Source: Promethearchaeota archaeon
GTDB taxonomy: Archaea > Asgardarchaeota > Lokiarchaeia > Sigyniarchaeales > SOKP01
Direction of reading: 5' to 3'
DNA: 64,000 bases
Assembly (NCBI GenBank): GCA_016839585.1
Contig: JAEOTZ010000021.1
Location: forward strand, 1-64,000
This document shows, piece after piece, positions 48,214 to 58,021 of the stretch. Each line of letters opens with the position of its first letter. Position 1 is the first letter of the stretch. The translations under genes were made by a program, and so were the position numbers. The notes under the pieces are model-generated. The model was not told the origin of the DNA, ran no database searches, and was given only the letters and a program-made list of their open reading frames with translations.

Positions 48214-49065
48214 ATGAAATTAGAGGATTGGCATACGCACAATGCTCTTTGTCACCATGCGGTTGGTTCAATTGAAGATTACATAAGAAAAGCTATTGAA
48301 CTTGAATTAAATACGATTGGTATATGTGATCATTTTCCCTTTGAATTTTTAAAGAACATTGAACGAATTCCATATGAAGATTATGCAATAACTTTAGATG
48401 AGATTAAGGATTATTTATCATTAGCAGAATCTTTAAAAGATAAATATAAAAATATTATAAATGTAAGAATCGCTTTTGAAATAGATTTTTTTGAGAATCA
48501 AGAGTCTGCTCTTAATACCCCCCTTTACAAGTATAAAAATCATTTAGATTACATCTTAGGTTCCATTCATATTTTAGATTTTCATGATGGAAGAGGAGCA
48601 TGGGGATTTGATGATAGTAGATTTAGAATTGATTATAACTATTATGGTCCTGATAAAGTATATATGGAGTATTACAAGACGGCACAAAAAATGATAAATT
48701 CCAATGAATTCGATTTTGATATCATAGCTCATTTTGATTTACCTAAGAAATTCAACAATATCCCTAATAATAAAGAAATAATAAATAATGAGGTAATGAA
48801 AACCTTACAACTTATTAAAAAAAGAGATGTTGTAATGGAAATAAATTCAGGTGGATTGAGGAAGGATGCAAAAGAGCAATACCCAAGTAAAGAAATTATT
48901 CAAGAAATGTATGATCTTGATATTTCAATATTATTAGGCTCTGATGCCCATGATCCTAATTATATCGCTTGGGAATTTGAAAAAATTATTAATATGTTAA
49001 AAAAGATAGGATATAATCACCTTGTTCACTTTAAGAAAAGAGATAAATCATATATGGAAATATAA
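48214..49065 (+). CDS. hisK: Histidinol-phosphatase, PHP family (HisJ/HisK type)
   Basis: 'DWHTHNALCHHA', 'ICDHFP', 'DYILGSIH', 'IAHFDLPK', 'MEINSGG', 'GSDAHDP'. Confidence 0.85.
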   Translation: MKLEDWHTHNALCHHAVGSIEDYIRKAIELELNTIGICDHFPFEFLKNIERIPYEDYAITLDEIKDYLSLAESLKDKYKNIINVRIAFEIDFFENQESALNTPLYKYKNHLDYILGSIHILDFHDGRGAWGFDDSRFRIDYNYYGPDKVYMEYYKTAQKMINSNEFDFDIIAHFDLPKKFNNIPNNKEIINNEVMKTLQLIKKRDVVMEINSGGLRKDAKEQYPSKEIIQEMYDLDISILLGSDAHDPNYIAWEFEKIINMLKKIGYNHLVHFKKRDKSYMEI

Positions 49066-49089
49066 TCAAGGGAAAAAATACCCTATTTT

Positions 49090-50013
49090 TTAAATCCCTC
49101 TACTCTGTAGCCATCCCTCCATCGTTAGGGAGTTAAAAAGACGAATATGTTTTGAATCTTTAGTATGAATTGCTAAATGATTATTCTCAGAATTTCCTTT
49201 AACAGCAATGAACATTTCCTCGCCATCTCTCACTAAAACATATCTATCCTCACGTTCATAACTTCTTAGAGTAATGTTATCAAGACTAGTAAATTCTTCT
49301 AATAATTCAGAATGTTCATCTATTCCAGGATTAATTAAACAAGAGATCCTCATACTTACAGATGACTTCACTTCATAAAGATATAACTCTTGTAAATCAA
49401 GAATAGTAGGAACGACAATCATGACATTGTGCAAACCTTTTTCTAGAATTTCTCTCATTTTTTTAAGAATTTCAGATTTTGTAATTTCAGTTTTGGTGAA
49501 ATCAATGATTTTTAAACCTGATAAGCTTGATTGTGTTTGTCTTAATTTCTTATTTTCTAATTCTAACGTCTCTAAATCGACATCTGCCTTAGATAATTCA
49601 TCATTTAAAATTTCTATCTCTTTTTGGAGTTTGTTGATTTTTTCATCTTTTTCTTTAAGAAGATTTTCATCAGTTACAGATGATGCCAGTGCTTTCAACT
49701 CCTCCTCTTTTAATTTAATTGTTTTTCCTAATGTTGCTATTTTTTCATCTTTAGCTTTTATTGAATTTTCAATATTTTTAATTTGCTGATCTTTTAATTC
49801 TAATGAATCACGAATAGTCTTTATTTGATCATCCTTTAACTTTATTGAATCTTTAAGAGAATTTATAAGGCTATCTTGAGTTTGAAATTTTTCATTTAAT
49901 TTATTTATAGATTCTTCAACTTTTCTTAATGTCTCGTCTTTTTTTTCATTTTCAGCTTGTAGCTTATTGATGAGTGCGTCTTTAGATTCATCATTTACCA
50001 TTATGATATTCAC
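49090..50013 (-). CDS. Long coiled coil + C-terminal TrmB/PLD-like alpha/beta domain
   Basis: Repetitive 'IKLKDDQI / LELKDQQI / IKAKDEKI' 14-aa units; then 'EILKKMREILEKGLHNVMIVVPTI...YVLVRDGEEMFIA', similar to the central domain of 14487..16487. Confidence 0.6.
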   Translation of the reverse strand: MNIIMVNDESKDALINKLQAENEKKDETLRKVEESINKLNEKFQTQDSLINSLKDSIKLKDDQIKTIRDSLELKDQQIKNIENSIKAKDEKIATLGKTIKLKEEELKALASSVTDENLLKEKDEKINKLQKEIEILNDELSKADVDLETLELENKKLRQTQSSLSGLKIIDFTKTEITKSEILKKMREILEKGLHNVMIVVPTILDLQELYLYEVKSSVSMRISCLINPGIDEHSELLEEFTSLDNITLRSYEREDRYVLVRDGEEMFIAVKGNSENNHLAIHTKDSKHIRLFNSLTMEGWLQSRGI

Positions 50014-50233
50014 AAAATCTTTTATATATATTAATAAAAAAGTTCAGCTTAAAATATATTCTTAAAGTATATAAAATCTTAAATAAAAATTGAACTATAT
50101 TTTTCATTTTTAATATAAAACTCTATTAATAAGATAATCCTAGAATATTCAGATAATATCCTATCATAAAGTTTTAAGATTATTACTTGATTATTAGAAT
50201 ATCTTTTTATTTTTATAAGAAGAAGATAACATT

Positions 50234-50971
50234 ATGGAAAAACACGATAATATGATAAAAGTATTAAAATCGGATGTCTCTGAACTGATAGAAAAAGAAC
50301 TTCAATCGGCACCAGCCATTCTAGGTATTAATGTTGGAACGCCTGAAGGAACTAGAATTGCGAGTAAATTCAAAAAAGAGACAAGAATGTCGATGAGTGA
50401 AGTAACGGCCGCTAGTAGTAGCCTCGTTTTTCTATCATCAAAAATTTTGAAGGATTCATTAAACCAAAAGATTTCTTATCATTTAATTACTGGAAAAGAA
50501 AAAATAATCCATTCTATTTTAACAGAAAACATTACGATGATTTCCTATCTGAATCGAGAATTAGCAGAACTCGAAGGACTAAGTACTTACATAAATAATT
50601 TATATAAGTTAAGTCTACAGATATCAGCAATTATTGAAACTTCTGATATCCTCAAAGAACAAGTTTTTGTAGCTATAAAGAGAGCAATTCCTAACGCACT
50701 TGTTATAGCTATTATTACAAAAGACGGTTTACCCATTAAAATTCAAGCAACTATGCCTGAACCTATACTATCAGCTATTACTTCCGCAATATATAATTTA
50801 GCTGGTGTTTTATTAGAAGAAGGGTTAGAGTTTTCGATAATTGGAGGAGAAAATGGTTCAATTATTATTCATGAAATAGATGAGAATCGTATATTGGCAA
50901 TAGCGGTTCCAGAGGCAGACGAAAGGAAATTAGGTTCTTACATTGCTAAAATAAAAGCAATTATTCAATAA
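50234..50971 (+). CDS. Tandem (double) Roadblock/LC7/MglB domain protein
   Basis: Two repeats: 'GINVGTPEGTRIAS...VTAASSSL...LITGKEKII' and 'VIAIITKDGLPI...LSAITSAI...IIGGENGSIII'. Confidence 0.8.
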   Translation: MEKHDNMIKVLKSDVSELIEKELQSAPAILGINVGTPEGTRIASKFKKETRMSMSEVTAASSSLVFLSSKILKDSLNQKISYHLITGKEKIIHSILTENITMISYLNRELAELEGLSTYINNLYKLSLQISAIIETSDILKEQVFVAIKRAIPNALVIAIITKDGLPIKIQATMPEPILSAITSAIYNLAGVLLEEGLEFSIIGGENGSIIIHEIDENRILAIAVPEADERKLGSYIAKIKAIIQ

Positions 50972-50981
50972 CATTTAAAAT

Positions 50982-52235
50982 TTAATGAATAATATTTTTA
51001 ATTTTATCTATTATCTTTAAAGCACCAAAATAAGATTCTGAGAAATTTTTTCCCTTAAATAAGATCGTACATAAAGGTTCTTCTTTTAAGATCTTCTTAA
51101 TGGGTTCAGTTTTATCATGAACAAATTCAATATTATTAATTTTATTCAATAATTCTTTATCTATTTCTTTTGGAGGAGCAAAAAATATAAATTTTGTAGC
51201 AAATCCAGTTGCTTGTGCTGATCTAATTTTATTTTTTACAATATCCCATCTTTTCGGATCAAAACTTTGAACGTGTAAATCTAAAAGGTTTAAATCTAAA
51301 ACTTTTTCAGAAGCTCTAATACTACCTGGAATTCGTGGATTTATTTCCATTAAATATGGATAATGGTTTTTTAACACAAAATCAAATCCATTAATACCTT
51401 TTAAACCTAGTTTTTTTGTTAAAATTAATGAAATTTCAGAAATTAGTTTGTTATCCTCTTTTAATAAATTTGCTGGCACAATATTTCCACAATATACAAA
51501 ATCTCCTGGTGGATTAAGAAATTTTTCTCCAATTATTTGACGGTTAATGGAAATAATTTCGCATTCAGCACCATTGGATATAATAGTGCAACTTACATGT
51601 ATTCCTTCAACAAATTCTTGAATTAACCAATCAGATGGATTAAATCCTTTTACTTTTAATATTTTTAATTGAAATGTTAGGTTTTCTACACTTTCAATTT
51701 TAAAAACATTTAATCCTCCTGCACTCCTCTTCTTTTTTAAAATAAAAGGAAATTCAATTCCTATCTTGTTTTTACCCTTAAATTTTTCATAAGAAACAGA
51801 TAAGGGCACAATAATTTTCTTAGATTTGAGATATTCATATATTTTCTCAATATCTCGAGCTTTTTTAATGATTTCTAAATTATTATTAACATTTTTAACT
51901 TTTAACCCTTTTTCTTTAATCTTTTTTAAAATAAATTCCCTTCCTTCATAATTATTATCTAAACCACTCCCAATTAATAAATAATTGATGTTTTTATGTT
52001 TTCTAAGCATTTCTATTGTAAAATGGACTAAAAATTTACCATACTGATCTTTTAGAAATTCATAATTAGATTCTAACTCTTTTGTAATAATTAAACTATC
52101 TTTAACATGCGGAAATAAGTCCAGATCTCCAAAGAAATCTACTGCATATACCTCATACCCCGCTTTATTTAAAGAATGAGCTAAAGGTCGAGTATTAAAT
52201 CCTACTGCTAAAATTGAATTTAATTTTATTGCCAT
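50982..52235 (-). CDS. ATP-grasp carboligase (COG2232-like)
   Basis: 'GFNTRPLAHS...AGYEVYAVDFFGDLD', 'PFILKK..SAGG', 'LIQEFVEG', 'GINGFDF', 'MEINPR'. Confidence 0.85.
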   Translation of the reverse strand: MAIKLNSILAVGFNTRPLAHSLNKAGYEVYAVDFFGDLDLFPHVKDSLIITKELESNYEFLKDQYGKFLVHFTIEMLRKHKNINYLLIGSGLDNNYEGREFILKKIKEKGLKVKNVNNNLEIIKKARDIEKIYEYLKSKKIIVPLSVSYEKFKGKNKIGIEFPFILKKKRSAGGLNVFKIESVENLTFQLKILKVKGFNPSDWLIQEFVEGIHVSCTIISNGAECEIISINRQIIGEKFLNPPGDFVYCGNIVPANLLKEDNKLISEISLILTKKLGLKGINGFDFVLKNHYPYLMEINPRIPGSIRASEKVLDLNLLDLHVQSFDPKRWDIVKNKIRSAQATGFATKFIFFAPPKEIDKELLNKINNIEFVHDKTEPIKKILKEEPLCTILFKGKNFSESYFGALKIIDKIKNIIH

Positions 52236-52278
52236 TAACTAGAGTTAGTAATAAAATTTAATTGAAATGTATTTCGGT

Positions 52279-54483
52279 TTAAAGAATTTTCTTCAATTCT
52301 AATATCAAAGAAGATGGATTATACTTATCAAATTTATATACTTCTGCATTACCAAATTTTTTAAAGTTCTTTTTAATGTTATCTGCTGAATAAGTATGTA
52401 CTCCTAAAGCCTGAGTAGCGTAAGATTTTTTTGGTTCTAATACAACTATATGGACTTTTTGTTTTGATAATTTTTTTGTTAAATCCTTCAATTCTTCAGT
52501 TACTAAGGCATAATCATTCTCAACTTGTGCAATTAAATCAGGATATTTTACTGAAATATTGGCTCCACAGTCAGAAAATATAAAGATTACCGGGATAATA
52601 TTTCGATTCTTTAGTTTCTCTGCTTTTATTAAATCTGAACATTTCTTTAATGCTGCTGCCATTGGAGTATAAGATTTTCCCTCTATTTTTTTCAATTTAT
52701 TTACAGCGCTTTTAAAATTTACTGTAGGTTTTTGGAGAACAATTGCTTCTTTACCTCTAAAAATAATTAAAGCAATTTTATCCTTTTTACGATACCCTTC
52801 TTTATGGAGAGATAATATAACATCAGTCATTTGCTTTATTACATAATACATTGACGCAGAACTATCGAGAACGAAAAAGAGAATTAAAGGAGCACGGTAT
52901 TCATAAATTTTGTCCATTAAATCATATTTGTTAAAGTGTATTGGAAATTCAACGTCAGTTTGATTATATACTTTGTTTTTCAAATAATTTCTTATAGTTG
53001 CATCTAAAGCAATACTTTTTGGAAGTAGATTGATTGGTCTCCTATATGAGACATATCTCCCTTTTTGTGAAGATGATATTTTAATCCGTCTTCCTATACC
53101 TCTTCCTCCATAATCAGAAATTTTTCGATCTTTTCTAATATTATCCAATATTGAGGTCATTTTTTTTTCCATTTTATAAATGAATGTCCTATTACTCAAT
53201 TTGTCCTCAAAAAATCGAATTTCCTCTTTTTCTCTAGGAATATTTTTTACTTTCCATCCTCCTGCAGGTTTAGGACTCCTTTTTTTGTTATCAGGGTATT
53301 TAGGAGGGGGTAGTTTCTGTTCCTTTGTTTCAGGTATATCAACTTTTTTAGGATCTACCGACTGACGTTTAAATTCCTTTTGTGGAGTATCGTCATGTTT
53401 TAAAGGACCTTCTGTGTCTTTACTAGGACGGTATGCTTCTGGGTCCTCATAGGCTTTCTGAATTTTACCATAGACTTCCGCAATTTTAGCCTTCACCTCC
53501 TTAGGGGTCATTTCGTAATGAAGTGATAGAATTCTATGCTCAAACACTAAATCCATTGCCACATCTAAGTCTTCTTCAGTAATGATTTTCCTATCACTAA
53601 ATGCGGCATGAGCTCTAGCACACCGGATGAATGTTATATCTGCTCTTTGAGAAAAGATTTCTAACTCATTAACTATTTTAGAAACAAACTCGTAAACAGA
53701 AGCGGGAATCTGGACTTCGTGAAGAATTTCTCGTGCTCTTACAATTTTGTGTTTTAAAATCTCTTGTTCACTTTTATAGCGTTTAATAAATTCTTTAGGA
53801 TTATCATCAAAGTCAATGACTTTTTTTGTTATTTCAGCTCGAAGTTTATTATCTCGAGGAGCTTTTATTCTAACTTCTAATCCAAGCCGATCTGCAATTT
53901 GAGGTCTTAATTCCCCTTCTTCAGGATTCATACTACCTACTAAAACAAATCGGGAAGGATGTGTAACAGATATTCCTTCACGTTCAATTATATTAATACC
54001 TGAAGCTGAAGCATCTAGAAGCGTATCGACAATATGATCTTGTAATAAATTAATTTCATCAATATATAATATTCCTCTATTTGCTTTAGCTAATAATCCA
54101 GGATGAAGTTCTGATGTTCCCTCTGTTAATACACGATCAATTGATAAGGAACCGCAAACCATATCTTCTGTTACACCAAGAGGGAGGTTAACCAATCGCA
54201 TCTCTCGAAATTCAGTTTCAATTTCCTTTTTCTTTTTCAATCTACAATCTTCACAAAGATCATCAATATTAGACTTAGGATCACAGGAAAACTGACAATC
54301 TTTAACAACTTCGATATCTGGCATTACCTCAACCAAAGATCTTACAGCAGTGGATTTTCCCGTACCTTGATGTCCCGTTAAAAGCACTCCTGCTATTTGG
54401 GGATCGATGACATTTAGTATTAGTGCCAACTTCATCTTATCTTGTCCTAATATAGCAGTGAAAGGATAGTTAATTTTTTTCAT
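52279..54483 (-). CDS. Chelatase ChlI/ChlD-type AAA+ ATPase fused to a vWA domain
   Basis: 'YPFTAILGQDKMKLAL', Walker A 'GHQGTGKS', 'PGLLAKANRGILYIDE', 'MNPEEGELRPQ'; Pro-rich linker; MIDAS 'LDSSASM', 'TPMA', 'FSD'. Confidence 0.9.
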   Translation of the reverse strand: MKKINYPFTAILGQDKMKLALILNVIDPQIAGVLLTGHQGTGKSTAVRSLVEVMPDIEVVKDCQFSCDPKSNIDDLCEDCRLKKKKEIETEFREMRLVNLPLGVTEDMVCGSLSIDRVLTEGTSELHPGLLAKANRGILYIDEINLLQDHIVDTLLDASASGINIIEREGISVTHPSRFVLVGSMNPEEGELRPQIADRLGLEVRIKAPRDNKLRAEITKKVIDFDDNPKEFIKRYKSEQEILKHKIVRAREILHEVQIPASVYEFVSKIVNELEIFSQRADITFIRCARAHAAFSDRKIITEEDLDVAMDLVFEHRILSLHYEMTPKEVKAKIAEVYGKIQKAYEDPEAYRPSKDTEGPLKHDDTPQKEFKRQSVDPKKVDIPETKEQKLPPPKYPDNKKRSPKPAGGWKVKNIPREKEEIRFFEDKLSNRTFIYKMEKKMTSILDNIRKDRKISDYGGRGIGRRIKISSSQKGRYVSYRRPINLLPKSIALDATIRNYLKNKVYNQTDVEFPIHFNKYDLMDKIYEYRAPLILFFVLDSSASMYYVIKQMTDVILSLHKEGYRKKDKIALIIFRGKEAIVLQKPTVNFKSAVNKLKKIEGKSYTPMAAALKKCSDLIKAEKLKNRNIIPVIFIFSDCGANISVKYPDLIAQVENDYALVTEELKDLTKKLSKQKVHIVVLEPKKSYATQALGVHTYSADNIKKNFKKFGNAEVYKFDKYNPSSLILELKKIL

Positions 54484-54636
54484 GAGTATAACTGTTAGTT
54501 CAATTGATTTAGTTTATTACTTAAATACTCTTCTAATTAAAGATAATATCAAAATAAATAAAGATTTTCCTATAAACAATAGATTAATGTTAGGTTTAGG
54601 TTTATCTTAAAATAGAACTATCATTAAATAAACCAT

Positions 54637-55584
54637 CTAAAACTTTGATAACTCATCAATTCTCTGATCTAATTTAGATATAACCTCATCCCATTTAGAT
54701 AAAATTTCTTCTACTTTAGGAATAACTATATCTCTTTCCTTATATTCTAAATAACCCAAAAATTCTTTAATATTTTCAATCTTCATGAAAGTTTCTGCAA
54801 CATACTTACGAATTTCGGATTTTTGGTTATCTAGAACTTCAGGAACTCTGTTGTGTTCCCCACGTCGTATTAATGTCGCTATATATTCTTCTGTTCCTTG
54901 CAAAAGGGAATTTAATTGATTTATCCTTTCCATAATAAAGTTTTCATAGGTCTCAAAAATACTATCTTTTGGAAAGAAATTAGTGATATCAATAATAAAT
55001 TTCTGGGTTAGCTTAACTAATTGCTCCATATTTTCATATCCCTCAATTCTATATTCAACTATATGATAAGATGCTTCGATACCTTTATTAACATCATTCA
55101 ATCTAAAAATTTTGAAACCAGGATCATTTTTTAATCGCTTTTCGGGATCCCCTTTTTTGTCTGCTACTTCAATTTGACGTATTAACCTTGTTGGATTAAA
55201 TACGAGAGAAACTGCTAATGGGTTATTGGTTTGATAAGACAATGTGGTTTTAATATCTATGTGGCTCATCATTACTTTAAAACCGGGATGAGAATGCCAC
55301 CAGCCTACTGTAAATTCTTCTCGAGAAAACGCCTTATCATCAATAATATATAAAGCTTCATAATCTTCATCTGACCATTTATATTGGTCGATAACTGCAT
55401 CCTTATCGAGTTTTTGATGCATAATGGGATAGGCTGCAGCAATCATTACGTCATCACCTTCATTTTTACCAATAAAAACACCACTTACTTCAAGCCAATC
55501 ATCTTTTGGGATTTTCTGGTTCGCAAATCTCACAGAGGCAGCAACTATTGTCAAATAAACCTTCTTCGGAATAATAACAGTCAT
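54637..55584 (-). CDS. MPN/JAB1 metalloprotease with intact JAMM motif + C-terminal helices (Rpn11/CSN5-like size)
   Basis: 'LEVSG' Glu; 'VGWWHSHPGFKVMMSHID' = H-x-H-x7-S-x2-D; 'SLVFNP'. Confidence 0.92.
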   Translation of the reverse strand: MTVIIPKKVYLTIVAASVRFANQKIPKDDWLEVSGVFIGKNEGDDVMIAAAYPIMHQKLDKDAVIDQYKWSDEDYEALYIIDDKAFSREEFTVGWWHSHPGFKVMMSHIDIKTTLSYQTNNPLAVSLVFNPTRLIRQIEVADKKGDPEKRLKNDPGFKIFRLNDVNKGIEASYHIVEYRIEGYENMEQLVKLTQKFIIDITNFFPKDSIFETYENFIMERINQLNSLLQGTEEYIATLIRRGEHNRVPEVLDNQKSEIRKYVAETFMKIENIKEFLGYLEYKERDIVIPKVEEILSKWDEVISKLDQRIDELSKF

Positions 55585-55750
55585 GTTCTTAAATCATTTT
55601 TCTAATTATTCAAATGGAATTATATTGATTAATACAAATTTTACTATTTATGTTTTAGTTTGAATATAAAATTATATAACTATGAAATTTATATTATAAT
55701 ATTATTACAATATTCAATTCTCAAAATTATATGCAATTTTATAGATAATT

Positions 55751-56404
55751 ATGTCATTAGATTTCGAAGTTCTTACAAGTCAATTAGGTGTTCCTGGCAC
55801 TTCCTATAGACTTCAATTGGGATTAATTAATGGGAAATGGGCTTGTAGATTATTGAAGGGAAAAGACGTAATTGATTCATATGTATTCAAAGATGTAGAT
55901 GTGCATGATGATATTCCTAATCAAAATCGAATTGTCTCGTGGGTCTTAATGACTGTAGCTATTCCAAATATAAACCCTCATCAAATTATGAAAACAACCC
56001 AGGCCTTGGTCAAACAAGCACTCAAAAAGAAGGAAGAAAGAAAAGCAGTAGCACCCATATCTGAAACAAAAAAAGTAGAGTTAGAGAGAGTTCCCGAAAG
56101 TGAATTGAAACGATCTAAAGTGGCAGGATGGGTTAAAGAAGAGGGAATGAAAACAGTTCAGGAATTAGAAGTTGAAAAACGACAAGCATTTAAAGAAAGG
56201 ATGATAACTAAAAGGGAAGAAGAAAGAACTCGAGAGGCTTCTACTTTAAAAACCTCAAGAGAATTACCATCTATTCCAACAGGTGCAGGTGGATCAAATG
56301 TATCTGCTGGTGCTGAGGTATCAAAATTTTGTCCATTTTGTGGAAAAGATTTAGACTGGAAATTCTGCCCTTATTGTGGGAAACCTCTACCACATGAAGA
56401 TTAA
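55751..56404 (+). CDS. Hypothetical protein with charged helical middle and C-terminal zinc ribbon
   Basis: 'FCPFCGKDLDWKFCPYCGKPL' at the C-terminus. Confidence 0.75.
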   Translation: MSLDFEVLTSQLGVPGTSYRLQLGLINGKWACRLLKGKDVIDSYVFKDVDVHDDIPNQNRIVSWVLMTVAIPNINPHQIMKTTQALVKQALKKKEERKAVAPISETKKVELERVPESELKRSKVAGWVKEEGMKTVQELEVEKRQAFKERMITKREEERTREASTLKTSRELPSIPTGAGGSNVSAGAEVSKFCPFCGKDLDWKFCPYCGKPLPHED

Positions 56405-56545
56405 TTTATTTTTATTTTAATAAAATCTATTTTTGAAAAAAATTATTTTTAATTTCTAAAATTCAATTCAAAAATTTAAAACATTTAAATTATATATAGA
56501 TAAAAAATTAACTATATCTAAAACTCATAAAAATCGTGATTAAAT

Positions 56546-58021
56546 TTGATATCTGATAAAACTGTCATCATTAAACCACTCGCGTATTATAAAATGCTCA
56601 TTCATGTTTTACGTTTTGGTTCTAAAGTAAGAGATCGCAAACAATATAAAGAGGTAATGGGGATCTTAATTGGTCGTCTTGAGTCAGGAGAACCTGATAA
56701 AAAAGGGATCAATGATGTAATTGTGGAAGATGCAGTACCAATTTCCCATGGCGGCTCAATAGAGGTTGCTTTTGCCCCAGAAGATTATGTAACATTCTCC
56801 ATGGTTGATGCAGAATTTGCAGAAAAAGGATGGTTTAGTGTAGGGTGGTATCATTCACACCCTGGTTTGAAGATATTCTTTTCGAGTACGGATATAAAAA
56901 ATATGCTTGGTTGGCAAACTCCTAACCCAAGCGCTATTGGAATTGTTTTCGATCATACTTTCTTAGAAAAACCTGGAGATATGGGATTTCGCGCATTTAG
57001 ATTAGATGATCCTTCTAAAGGTCAAACAACAGGTTATCATGAAGTAAAAACTGTAGTTGCACCTCCAGATAGTCTTGAATATTACCTAAAACTTATGGAA
57101 TTGATTAACAGTGTTCACTCTAAAGAACCAACAATCTTAGAAATTAATGAAATGCCTGATTTATTTGGTGATATTGCTATTCCTAGTCAAGATCAATTAA
57201 TAGCTAAGAAACCAGAATTAGAATTAACTAAAATATTTTCTGCTATACAGAATGGAATATCAAGTTTTTTAGAGTTTACAATTGAACCATTTGTAACATT
57301 TCTTAATGTATGGAGTCAAGAAATGATTAGAAAAACAATTGAATCTAATTTAGAAATGAGAAATAATATTTTAGCTATAAAGGAAAAGATTGGAAATGGT
57401 ATCTCTAATATACAAAAAGATTTTAAATTTTCCTTAAAAGATAAATTGAATCAATTAGATACGTATATCGATGATAAATTTGATGAATTTGATAATAACA
57501 ATGAAAGTCTTAAAGAAATTATAAGTCAATTTAAAATTGAACTTAATGATAAATTGAAGGTTATATTTGAAGAAAAGCTAAAGGTTTCTCTAGATCAAGG
57601 TATAAACTCGTTTAAAGAAACTCTAGAAAATTTAACAAAAATAAATCAAGAAAGTTCTAATGTTTTTGAAAAATTAGAGAGTGAAAAAAATTCTCTAAAT
57701 AGTATATCAGAGAAAATTAATTCTATTGAAGATTCAATCAACAATAAATTAAAGAATCTACAAGACGAAGTTATAAATAAACTATCCAAAAACACCAATA
57801 AAATTGTAGGAAATTTTATTAATTTAAATAAAGACACAAAGAGTTTCTTATCAGATTTAAAAGCCGCAATTATATTACTGGAAAGTTCAAAGAATCCTAT
57901 ACAGAATAAAATAAAAACCCTAGAAATGGAAAATAAGACCCTCCAAAAAGATTTATTAGAGTTGAAAAATGAAAATCAAGATTTAATGAATAAATTAAAA
58001 AAATTAGAAGGAGGAGAATAA
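56546..58021 (+). CDS. MPN/JAB1 protein with intact JAMM motif + long coiled coil
   Basis: 'KEVMGILIG', 'DAVPI', 'VGWYHSHPGLKIFFSSTD', 'GIVFDH'; about 270 aa of heptad-rich C-terminus. Confidence 0.92.
   Translation: MISDKTVIIKPLAYYKMLIHVLRFGSKVRDRKQYKEVMGILIGRLESGEPDKKGINDVIVEDAVPISHGGSIEVAFAPEDYVTFSMVDAEFAEKGWFSVGWYHSHPGLKIFFSSTDIKNMLGWQTPNPSAIGIVFDHTFLEKPGDMGFRAFRLDDPSKGQTTGYHEVKTVVAPPDSLEYYLKLMELINSVHSKEPTILEINEMPDLFGDIAIPSQDQLIAKKPELELTKIFSAIQNGISSFLEFTIEPFVTFLNVWSQEMIRKTIESNLEMRNNILAIKEKIGNGISNIQKDFKFSLKDKLNQLDTYIDDKFDEFDNNNESLKEIISQFKIELNDKLKVIFEEKLKVSLDQGINSFKETLENLTKINQESSNVFEKLESEKNSLNSISEKINSIEDSINNKLKNLQDEVINKLSKNTNKIVGNFINLNKDTKSFLSDLKAAIILLESSKNPIQNKIKTLEMENKTLQKDLLELKNENQDLMNKLKKLEGGE

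Noticed and set aside
52279-54483. Evidence for (bacterio)chlorophyll synthesis from the ChlI/ChlD-like gene
   Set aside because: Such AAA+/vWA proteins are widespread in non-phototrophic archaea, and no chlH or bch genes are in the window.
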